A DNA stretch of 64,000 bases from Acidobacteriota bacterium (lineage in GTDB: Bacteria > Acidobacteriota > UBA6911 > RPQK01 > JAJDTT01): assembly GCA_965263035.1 (NCBI GenBank), contig OZ253580.1, positions 4,064,001 to 4,128,000 of the forward strand, in the 5' to 3' direction. Made by a program: the position numbers and the translations under genes. The notes beneath the pieces are model-generated. The model was not told where the DNA came from. It made no database searches and saw only the letters and a program-made list of their open reading frames with translations. Shown piece after piece: positions 39,453 through 47,846 of this stretch (positions within the stretch are counted from its first letter, which is position 1; the number at the start of each line of letters is the position of its first letter).

Positions 39453-39626
39453 GGGGGAGAGGAAAGAGAAAATGAGAAAAGAGGAACGCTCCCTCACCGG
39501 CTGGGCCCCGGCGGATTCATGGGAGAAACAAGGTTTCGAACCAATCTGGCTCCAGTATCCCTGACGGGGTCATTTTCGGTTGTCGTCCCCACTGCGCGTA
39601 AACTACCCGCCTTTCTTCACTCTTCT
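39453..39626 (-). repeat. Family B repeat, copy 2 (further fragments at 39709-39766 and 54596-54642)
   Basis: Reverse complement shares GTTTACGCG, CCTTGTTT and CCGGT.GG.GAG blocks in order with 29620-29761. Confidence 0.65.
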
Positions 39627-39635
39627 AAGAAACAA

Positions 39636-39708
39636 GGAGGGGCGACTTCCAGTCGCCCATTCCTCCATGCTCCACCGGAGTTCGGCGGTTGGAAACCGGT
39701 GCTCCTAC
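39636..39708. repeat. REP-like doublet
   Basis: GGAGGGGCGACTTCCAGTCGCCC ... GGCGGTTGGAAACCGGTGCTCCTAC (reverse complement begins GTAG). Confidence 0.7.
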
Positions 39709-39764
39709 CCTTTTTCTACCGGGCGTCCGCCGGACCGGGCCGGTGGGGGAGCTTTTCTCTTTTC

Positions 39765-41315
39765 TCAAGATTCAGAGTTGGAACGTTGGGCTTGGGACCT
39801 GAAGTCCCTGGCTCCGACCCAGGGGGCTCCGACCCGCTGGAAGAAGGCCACTCGGCGGCGGAGTTCCTCAGGGGAGGGACGGTCCAGGTAGCTGACCAGA
39901 ACGCCCAGAAGGCAGATTGCCGGCATCAGATAGACGTAGATCCAGCGGGCCCAGACCGGGTACGGAACCACCGGCTCGGCCAGAATGTTGGCGTATACCG
40001 CGACTCCCACTCCCAGGACCCAACCCAGCAGGAGACAGACGATTGAGGCTCGCCGACTCGCCTTCCACCATAGAAACCCGAAGACGCAAGGGAAGAACAT
40101 GGCCGCAAAGAGAGTATTTCCGAAGAGATTGATGACGACCAGCAACTTGCCCAGCAGCGTCATACAGAGCAGAAGGGTGATGACGCCCAGGACCAGCGTG
40201 ATCTTGCGTCCCACCCTCAACTGGTCCGCATCCGTGGCCTGAGGCCTGAGCCACCCCTTGTAGAAGTCCTGGACCACCATGGCCGAGGTGGTGTTCCAGA
40301 TGCTGGACATGGTGGTCTGGCAGACGGCGAAGAGCATGGCCAGCATCAGGCCGCGGACGCCGGGCCCGAGAAACAGGTTCATGGCTCCACCCACGGCCTG
40401 ATCCGGATCCGGCAGGTCGGGTTGGTGCCCGTGATAGAGGATGGTGGCCACCTGCCCGCAGGCATAGAGGAGGGTGGTGACCAGGGTGGCGATTCCTACC
40501 GCGGCGAGGGCCACCTTTTCGTTGCGGGCCGCGAACATCCGCTGCCCGTACCAGGGCGCCAGGGGATAGCAGAGGAGGATGACCACGTTCAGAGTGACGA
40601 TGAAATGGAGGGGTAGAACCGGGTCGGGATCCACGGCCTGGTAGGAGTGGAGCAGGGGTTCGGGCGAAGCGTACTGGAGGGCGCTGATGGCCAGGAGGGG
40701 CAGCACCACCACGGTCACAATCAGTGATGCGGTATCCGTGAAGGCCACCGAGATGAGGCCGCCGGCCCAGGTGAAGATGAGGACGGTCGTGCTGATCACG
40801 AGGGCCGTCCAGACCAGGGTTCGGTCCGCCGTGATCCAACCCGGGACCAGCGCTCCCGAGGGTGGGAGTCCGAGTGCCGAGGAGAAGGTCTTGCTGGTGG
40901 CGATGAGGTACCCCGAAGAGAAGAGGGTCAGTATCAACGTGGTGCACAGACTGACGGCTCGGCGCATTCCCAGGGAGTATCGAGCCTCGAACATCTCGGC
41001 GATGCTCACCGCCTGGAGCCGCTGCCAGCGGCGCGCCACCAGCAGGCCGTAGCTGCCGAGTCCGACGATGAAGATCAGGCAGAGCCAGGCGGCGCGGGGT
41101 CCGGCCGAATAGCTGATGCTCCCGAACCAGATCATGGTGGAGGGGTTCAACTCGGTCATCACCAGCGTGCCCACCAGGGCGAACAGGCCCAGTTGCCGGC
41201 CGGCGACGGTGTAGTCCAGCGAGGTGCGGACGCGGCGCGAAACCCAGAGTCCGTAGCCGAGGGCGCCGAGGGCGTAGAACACCACGATGCCCAGGTCGAT
41301 CCCGTTGCCGCTCAT
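39765..41315 (-). CDS. Sodium:solute symporter family protein
   Basis: About 13 TM helices; DYTVAGRQLG, GGLISVAFTD, QRMFAA, TMSSIWN. Confidence 0.9.
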   Translation of the reverse strand: MSGNGIDLGIVVFYALGALGYGLWVSRRVRTSLDYTVAGRQLGLFALVGTLVMTELNPSTMIWFGSISYSAGPRAAWLCLIFIVGLGSYGLLVARRWQRLQAVSIAEMFEARYSLGMRRAVSLCTTLILTLFSSGYLIATSKTFSSALGLPPSGALVPGWITADRTLVWTALVISTTVLIFTWAGGLISVAFTDTASLIVTVVVLPLLAISALQYASPEPLLHSYQAVDPDPVLPLHFIVTLNVVILLCYPLAPWYGQRMFAARNEKVALAAVGIATLVTTLLYACGQVATILYHGHQPDLPDPDQAVGGAMNLFLGPGVRGLMLAMLFAVCQTTMSSIWNTTSAMVVQDFYKGWLRPQATDADQLRVGRKITLVLGVITLLLCMTLLGKLLVVINLFGNTLFAAMFFPCVFGFLWWKASRRASIVCLLLGWVLGVGVAVYANILAEPVVPYPVWARWIYVYLMPAICLLGVLVSYLDRPSPEELRRRVAFFQRVGAPWVGARDFRSQAQRSNSES

Positions 41316-41321
41316 GGGGCG

Positions 41322-42341
41322 CTAATCATTCTGGGGCCAATCGAACACGGCGGCGATGAGCTCCTTGGAGTGCTCCAGGGCCAGCTCGTACGCTTCCTTC
41401 ATTCGTTCGGGCGGGAAGCGGTGGGTGATCAGGGAATCGAATCGCATGTCCCTGGTGGCCAGGAGGCTCATGATGTACTGGAGGTTCCTGCGGATGTTGA
41501 ACCGCAGGTCCGAGGCCGGAGCATCGGTGCCGGGAGCATAGCCCGCACCCAGAAGCGTGAGCTGCTTGGCATAGAACCATTCGGGGTCCAAGGGATTGAA
41601 ATCGGGCGGTTCCTGGAACCTTCCCGGAAAGCCCAGGATACTGATCCGTCCTCCGGTGCGGGCGATGTCCACCGAGAGCCGGTACGCGGGCCAGGGATTC
41701 GCGGTGAGGATGACGAGATCGGTCCCCTCGTCGCCGAAGGTCTGGGCGATACAGTCGCCGACACCGGGATCCCTGTACTCGACGGCGGCGTGGGCGCCCA
41801 TTTTCAGAGCAGCCTCCGATCTCTTGGGGGAGTTGGAGATGGCCACCACCTTGGCGCCCATGGCCCGAGCCAGTCCCACGGTGCAGAGCCCGATCACACC
41901 CAGACCCACGATGGCGACGTTCTCCCCGGTCTCGTACCGAGCCTGACGCAGTCCGGCCAAACCCAGATGGGTGAGATAGGCCAGCGACGCCTCATCGGAG
42001 GGGATCCCGTCCGGAATCGGAGTCAGCACCTCGCTCTCGCTGGCGATAAAGGCGGATTGGTGATAGTGGCGCGAGAAGATCCTCTGGCCCGGACTGAATT
42101 GGGTGACTGCCGAGCCCACCTTGCGAACCACTCCCACGTTGGAGTAGCCCACCTGGCGCGGGTAGTCGGGGGCGTCGGGCACATAAGTGGAGTCGCCCAG
42201 GTAGTTGCCCAGATCGGTTCCCGTGGAGAGGGCCGAAACCAGGGTCTCGACGTAGAGCTGGTTCGGTCCCAGAGCATCGACGTCGAGGTCCCGTTCCTCC
42301 ATTCCAAGATCCCTGGCTCCGTACAAAATGGCCGCTTTCAT
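41322..42341 (-). CDS. Medium-chain dehydrogenase/reductase lacking canonical Zn ligands (BchC-like group)
   Basis: SALSTGTD and VGYSNVG in place of GICGTD/GHE; GLGVIG Rossmann motif; LITHRF; start at MKAAIL. Confidence 0.85.
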   Translation of the reverse strand: MKAAILYGARDLGMEERDLDVDALGPNQLYVETLVSALSTGTDLGNYLGDSTYVPDAPDYPRQVGYSNVGVVRKVGSAVTQFSPGQRIFSRHYHQSAFIASESEVLTPIPDGIPSDEASLAYLTHLGLAGLRQARYETGENVAIVGLGVIGLCTVGLARAMGAKVVAISNSPKRSEAALKMGAHAAVEYRDPGVGDCIAQTFGDEGTDLVILTANPWPAYRLSVDIARTGGRISILGFPGRFQEPPDFNPLDPEWFYAKQLTLLGAGYAPGTDAPASDLRFNIRRNLQYIMSLLATRDMRFDSLITHRFPPERMKEAYELALEHSKELIAAVFDWPQND

Positions 42342-42506
42342 GCTGCTGTCTCCCTGTCGTAACGCCTTGATCAGTGACGGTGTTGTCCCGGACGACTCAC
42401 GAGAGCCTCGAATCCAACAAGCGCGCAGAATATAGCAACCCGGGAGGAGGGACAACTGATCCGATCGGGAATCGGAGATCGGGGATGGGAATTACGAATC
42501 GGGAAA

Positions 42507-42535
42507 TTTACTGCTTATCCTGAGTGGGTTAGACT
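42507..42535 (+). promoter_or_regulatory. Sigma70-type promoter for cpdA (near-leaderless)
   Basis: TTTACT-N17-TAGACT, 9 nt before ATG 42545. Confidence 0.5.
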
Positions 42536-42544
42536 GGGTCCGCC

Positions 42545-43333
42545 ATGGCGGTTCGGATTCTGCAGCTGAGCGATCCTCACTTGCTGTTCGACCCGGACGC
42601 GCAGCTTCGGGGTGTCCCTACCTATCGATCTTTCCGTCAGGTCCTTCGCCATTTGGATCGAGAGGCCGTCCGTTTCGACTGGATGATCCTGACCGGGGAT
42701 CTGGCCCACGATGAGCAGCGGGCAACCTACCGGCTCCTGAGGCGGACGTTGGAGGAGAGAACCTCGCCCTGGCGGATGATCCCGGGGAATCATGACAGCC
42801 GGGAGTTCTTGCGGGAGGTCTTCCCCGAGTTGTCCGTCCCCGGCCGGGATTTCTTCGGCTTCTCAATGAAAGTGCCGGGCTGGAAGTTGGTGGGGCTGGA
42901 TTCGCGGCTGCCCGGATTCGTCTCCGGACGGGTCGGCCACCGCCAGTTGGCCTGGTTGAGGCGGGAACTGGGGGCGGATCCTGGAGCGCCCACGATCCTT
43001 TTCATCCATCACCCTCCGGTTACCGTCGGGTGTCCCTGGATGGACCGGATCGGCCTGGAGGATGCCGAGCAGCTCTCCCGGGTCGTGGATGCCGCTCCTC
43101 AAGTGCAGCTCGTCTGCTGCGGGCACGTCCATCACGAGTTCCGGGGCCGACTCGGGGACGCGACGGTCTTGGCCGCTCCCTCCACCGCCTTCCAGTTTCT
43201 TCCCGAGGGGGAGAGCCCGGTCTTCGATCCAATACCGCCAGGAGTCCGCATCCTGGAACTGGACGGGTCCCAGTGGAGGACCCGTGTCGTCCGACTTCCA
43301 GACTTGACTTGGGTTCCCGATCCCGACTCCTGA
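42545..43333 (+). CDS. cpdA: 3',5'-cyclic-nucleotide phosphodiesterase (CpdA/Icc-like)
   Basis: QLSDPH, TGDLAHD, PGNHD, HHPP, CGHVH, PST.FQF. Confidence 0.85.
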   Translation: MAVRILQLSDPHLLFDPDAQLRGVPTYRSFRQVLRHLDREAVRFDWMILTGDLAHDEQRATYRLLRRTLEERTSPWRMIPGNHDSREFLREVFPELSVPGRDFFGFSMKVPGWKLVGLDSRLPGFVSGRVGHRQLAWLRRELGADPGAPTILFIHHPPVTVGCPWMDRIGLEDAEQLSRVVDAAPQVQLVCCGHVHHEFRGRLGDATVLAAPSTAFQFLPEGESPVFDPIPPGVRILELDGSQWRTRVVRLPDLTWVPDPDS

Positions 43334-43358
43334 GCGAAAGCCGCAGGCCGACTCCCCG

Positions 43359-46300
43359 TCAGAATCCCGAACCACGTTCCAGAAACAGGAACAGGTTGAC
43401 CAGGTCCTGCAGGGTCATGGTCTCCAGCAGTTCTTCGGGCATGATGGAGATCTGCGAGGTTCGCCGATCGGTGACGAGGTTCTTGGGGATGTCGATTCTC
43501 TCGCCGGAGGCGTCGATAAGGGTCAAGGTCTCTTCGTTTTCATCCGCCAGCATTCCGGTCAACAGCTCCTTTCCCTTCGCCTCGACGATGAGCGCCGTGT
43601 ACTGGTCGGAGATGACCTTGGAGGGGAACATCACGGCTTCGAGGATCTCGGACCGGCGAAAGCGCTTGACCGACGTCGACAGATCGGGGCCGCCGCCCCG
43701 GCCCTCGCTTCCGAACACATGGCAATTGGAGCACTTGGCCCGGTGGAAGACGGCCCGCCCCCGCTCCGCGCTCCCCCTCTCGTAGGAGCCGGGATCGAAC
43801 TCCAGGTAGGTGCTCAATTCCTCGAAACTCATCTGGATGAGCCTCGATCTCTCAGGTGGAGGCTCTCCACTGATGAGTTCCAGGACCCGTTCCGCGCGCT
43901 TCCGCGCCTGCTCTTCCTCCCGCGCTTCGGCTTGAGCCCGCTCCTCCGGCGGAAGCACCGACAGAACGTCTTCCCAGAGCCGGGTGATGTAGCCGTGCAT
44001 GCTGGCCGCTCCCGGCATCTGCCATCCCCGGTCGAACCACTCGACCACGGCGTTCCTCTGATTCCGGCTCCACCCCTGCTTGATGGACCGGAGCGCGTAG
44101 ACCGTATGGATCTGGTCCGGCTGGGACTTCTCCGGCTTCAGTTCCCGGAGCAGAGCCCCGATGGCGCCCGGCGTCTGCAGGAACCCCAGGAGCGTTTCCA
44201 ACTCCCGGTTCACGAGAGAATTGTCTGTGGGATAGAGATCCAGCAGCCGGGAGCCTAGACGGGAGGCGAATTTTTCACGTCCCGGTGTCTCGGGGGCCGG
44301 ATCGCGGAGGAAGGCCAACTGGCAGATTCGCAGGTAGCCCAGTCGAATCTCCTCGGTCATGGGTTGGCGGCCGTACTCCAGGATCTTTTCCAGGACAGCC
44401 TTCCAGTCCGGACCTGGGTTTCGGACCCGGATCAAGGCCAGAAGGCCTTCCAGAGCGGCGCGGGGCCGATCCCGAACAGTGTCTCGCAGGACCAACGAGG
44501 TCCAAAGTGGCGGGTCCATCCGCTCCAGAGTCAGCCGCGCGGCGTGGCGGACGAACCGGTCGGAATGATCCATGAGTCGATACAGGCTCCGAGCCAGCCC
44601 CTCCGGGTTCGGCAGGGACGAGCCGGTATCCAATCCGGCCCGGAGCAGGGATTCCGCGGACCGCCTCGCCACCAGGGGATCGGAGTCGCCCAAACGCTCC
44701 TGCAGGATCGAAGAGACTTGGTGCAGGGGGTGGGTCCCCAGCAGCAGGACGGCGGCCGCGCGGACCTTCGGATCCTCATCCCTGGAAAGCTGGGACAGCA
44801 GCTTCGGGCCGGGCGCCGGCCCCAGGGTCTGAAGCGACTCCAGGGCGCGGACTCGCTGCTGGGAGGGGGACGCCCGGTCGCGGGAAATCCGGACCAGGTC
44901 CTGTTCCCAACGGGGTCCCAATTCGGACTTGAGCCGGGTCAGCGCCAGTTGTCCCCAGGCGGAGCGATGCATGGGCCGGGTCAGGGCCTCGCGGACGCCC
45001 GAGCCGGTTCCTACGGAGGACTCGGCCGTAGCGCCGGCGTAGCGGACCCGGTAGAGCCCGCCGCTGGTGGAGCGTCCCCCCGTGGAGAAATAGAGGAACC
45101 CGTCTGGACCCACGTCCAGGTCGGTCACGTTCAAGGGTTCCCCCGAGACGAAGTCCTCGCCGGAGGCGACGTAGCTGGCCCCGGTCTGCTCCGGGAAGCT
45201 GACCCGGATGCGCCCCCGGGACCAGTCTCCCAGAAAGAGGGCGCCGTGAAATTTCCGGGGGTAGGTCCGGTGCTGGTAGAAGGCGATTCCCACCGGCGAG
45301 CCGCGTCCGAGGCTCTCGACGGCGGGGAGCGAATCGGGGTAGTAGCCGGGGAACTTGCTGGATCCCGTTCGCCACCCGTAGTCTCCTCCGGGGACCGCGT
45401 GAATGACCCGGATGGGCCGGTACCAGGGCAGTCCGAAGTCCCACTCCATGTCCGAGTCGAAGGTGAAGATCTCCCCCTTTGGGTCCAGGGCGAAGTCGAA
45501 GGCGTTCCGGAACCCGGCGCTGAATTGGGTCCACCGGTTGCTGGACAGATCCAGCCGGTGGATGGTGCCCGCGGGCACCCGGATCGAGTTGGCGTGCCCC
45601 CGGGGATCCAGGTAGCGCTCCAGCAGGTGGTCTTCATGGAGTCCCCGGGACGGAGAGCCGGGGTCGACGGTCACGTCGGGGTAGGCGTGGTTGCCGTAGA
45701 GCAGGTACAGGTTGCCGTCCATTCCGGTCAGGATGGCGTGCGGTCCATGCTCTCCGATCCGTCCCCGGCTGGCGGCGATCAGGGTGGTGGAGTCGGCCTG
45801 GTCGTCGCCATCCTCGTCGACCAACCGGTAGAGGCCGGGTCCTTCGGGGCCGTTGGATTGAACCAGCAGGTCTCCGGCGCCGAGATAATGCATTCCGTGT
45901 GCTCTTTGGACCTGGTTCGAGAAGTCCCGGAAGCCTTCGAAACGACCGTCACCGTCCTTATCCAGCAGGATGTGGATGCCGCCGTGCTCACGGGCCACGA
46001 CCGGTCGTCCCAGGTGATCGAAGGTCAGATTGACCAGTGAACCCAGCAGCTCGTCGGTGGCCGCCTGCTCCACTTGGAAGCCCGGGGCGGCCTGAAAACG
46101 ATCCTTGCCTCGCCGGTGCCGGCCGGCAGTCCTTGCGGCTTTGATCTCGAGGTCCTTGAACAGGACCCGCATGGGCGGCCCGGTGTGGAGTTGGAGGGCG
46201 ATGATCCCGGATCTCGACCCCTTGGGATCAGTAATGTCGCAAACCAGGTGGCCGTTGAGTATGAGCCGAACCCGTTGCCCCTCGCAGATGATCTCGTACC

Positions 46301-46802
46301 GGTTCCAGCCGGTCAGGTCGGCGCGTGAGTTGATCGCCGCCTTTTCCTCGGCACTCAGATTCTTCCAATAGTCCATCATGCCGCGTTTGCCCTCGTCGTA
46401 GAGCATGCCGAAGTAATTTGCGTCGGCGATGTCGGCCTGATACCCCTTGACCACGTGGTCGGGGTGCTGCTCGCTGCGGAATTGGATTCCACTGTTCCCC
46501 CGGATCAACTTCACCGAGACTCGCAGGGTGAAATCGCTGAAGCTCCGGGTGGTGGAGAGAAAACTGTTGCGCTTTATCTGTACCTCCTCCGTGGAGCCGG
46601 CGATCACTCCGTTCTCCACCTTCCAGAGCTTGGAGTCGCCGATCCAACCGGTCAGATCCCGTCCGTTGAAGAGCGGAACGAATCCCTCTTCGTCCTGCGA
46701 CGCGCGGGATGGAACGGAGCAGAAGAGAAGCAAGAACAAGGATGCGGCGGCGAGGTGTGGAACACTCTGCCGAAAACCGAACGCTCGGCTTCTGAACTTC
46801 AT
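43359..46802 (-). CDS. Secreted multidomain protein: DUF1080 + glucose/sorbosone dehydrogenase-like propeller + HEAT repeats + c-type haem domain (PVC-type)
   Basis: Signal peptide; LFNGRDLTGW, NSGIQFRS, IALQLH (DUF1080); GFRNAFD, DSDMEWD; HEAT repeats; CSNCH...GPDLS...SIMP. Confidence 0.85.
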   Translation of the reverse strand: MKFRSRAFGFRQSVPHLAAASLFLLLFCSVPSRASQDEEGFVPLFNGRDLTGWIGDSKLWKVENGVIAGSTEEVQIKRNSFLSTTRSFSDFTLRVSVKLIRGNSGIQFRSEQHPDHVVKGYQADIADANYFGMLYDEGKRGMMDYWKNLSAEEKAAINSRADLTGWNRYEIICEGQRVRLILNGHLVCDITDPKGSRSGIIALQLHTGPPMRVLFKDLEIKAARTAGRHRRGKDRFQAAPGFQVEQAATDELLGSLVNLTFDHLGRPVVAREHGGIHILLDKDGDGRFEGFRDFSNQVQRAHGMHYLGAGDLLVQSNGPEGPGLYRLVDEDGDDQADSTTLIAASRGRIGEHGPHAILTGMDGNLYLLYGNHAYPDVTVDPGSPSRGLHEDHLLERYLDPRGHANSIRVPAGTIHRLDLSSNRWTQFSAGFRNAFDFALDPKGEIFTFDSDMEWDFGLPWYRPIRVIHAVPGGDYGWRTGSSKFPGYYPDSLPAVESLGRGSPVGIAFYQHRTYPRKFHGALFLGDWSRGRIRVSFPEQTGASYVASGEDFVSGEPLNVTDLDVGPDGFLYFSTGGRSTSGGLYRVRYAGATAESSVGTGSGVREALTRPMHRSAWGQLALTRLKSELGPRWEQDLVRISRDRASPSQQRVRALESLQTLGPAPGPKLLSQLSRDEDPKVRAAAVLLLGTHPLHQVSSILQERLGDSDPLVARRSAESLLRAGLDTGSSLPNPEGLARSLYRLMDHSDRFVRHAARLTLERMDPPLWTSLVLRDTVRDRPRAALEGLLALIRVRNPGPDWKAVLEKILEYGRQPMTEEIRLGYLRICQLAFLRDPAPETPGREKFASRLGSRLLDLYPTDNSLVNRELETLLGFLQTPGAIGALLRELKPEKSQPDQIHTVYALRSIKQGWSRNQRNAVVEWFDRGWQMPGAASMHGYITRLWEDVLSVLPPEERAQAEAREEEQARKRAERVLELISGEPPPERSRLIQMSFEELSTYLEFDPGSYERGSAERGRAVFHRAKCSNCHVFGSEGRGGGPDLSTSVKRFRRSEILEAVMFPSKVISDQYTALIVEAKGKELLTGMLADENEETLTLIDASGERIDIPKNLVTDRRTSQISIMPEELLETMTLQDLVNLFLFLERGSGF

Positions 46803-46994
46803 GCGGTGACCCCCTTCAGGTTTGTCCCGGTATGCCAATTTCGTATCGGGGAGAACTATTGTCCCGCCGGGTTCGCCTGTCAACCGAGGCCTCGCGCCGA
46901 TTGACACCGGGTCGGCCGGTCACTACCTTGGTCCGCGTGATCCGGGTCGAGGGGTGCTCTTGCCCGCGACGCGGACAACCGGAGGGGAGCCAAG

Positions 46995-47828
46995 ATGATC
47001 AGTTCCAAGTATTTCCAGTCGCGGAGATTCGTTTGGCTGGGCCTGGCGATGGTTCTGGCGATGAGCTGCACCATGACGGTTCACGACGAGGCCTCCGAGG
47101 CGCCGGCGAGCGAAACGGCGGGGGAGAACATGCAGGAGTACTACGAGCTTCGCGTCTACCGCATCGACAGCCTCGAAAAGCAGGAACTGGCCAGCCGCTA
47201 CCTGGAGACGGCCCTGGTTCCTGCATTGAACCGGATGGGGATCGATCGGGTCGGAGTCTTCACCCTCATGGAACCGGGAGACGACTTCTCCATCTTTGCC
47301 CTCATCCCCTATCCCACCCTGGATCACATGGCTCGGCTGAGCGACGTCCTGGATCAGGATGCGAACTATCAGCCGGCGGCGTCCGAATATTTTTCCGCCT
47401 CCATTGAGGACCCGGCCTACGGGCGAATCGAGAGCAAGCTGATGAAGGCTTTCGCCAGCATTCCGGTCATGGAGCTGCCGGAGCAAACGGCCAATCGGGC
47501 GGCGCGGATCTTCGAGCTTAGGACCTACGAGAGCCATCACGAGAATGCGGCCTATCGGAAGGTGGAGATGTTCAACGAGGGTGAAACTCAGGTCATGCGG
47601 GAAACGGGTCTGGGTCCCGTTTTCTTCGGAGAGGTCCTGGTGGGCCACGACGTGCCCAACCTGACCTACATGCTGTCGAGCGCCGATCGGGAGACGCACA
47701 AGAAGAGCTGGGAGGCTTTCATGGTTCATCCCGACTGGGTCAGGATGAAGGCGATGGACCGTTACAAGGACACGGTCTCCAAGATCACCAACTGGTTCCT
47801 GGTCCCCACCCGCTATTCGCAAATCTGA
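46995..47828 (+). CDS. NIPSNAP family lipoprotein
   Basis: Signal ending AMSC; YYELRVY and IFELRTYES, NLTYML, WEAFMVHPDW, FLVPTRYSQI. Confidence 0.85.
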   Translation: MISSKYFQSRRFVWLGLAMVLAMSCTMTVHDEASEAPASETAGENMQEYYELRVYRIDSLEKQELASRYLETALVPALNRMGIDRVGVFTLMEPGDDFSIFALIPYPTLDHMARLSDVLDQDANYQPAASEYFSASIEDPAYGRIESKLMKAFASIPVMELPEQTANRAARIFELRTYESHHENAAYRKVEMFNEGETQVMRETGLGPVFFGEVLVGHDVPNLTYMLSSADRETHKKSWEAFMVHPDWVRMKAMDRYKDTVSKITNWFLVPTRYSQI

Positions 47829-47846
47829 CCACAAGATCAACCCGCA

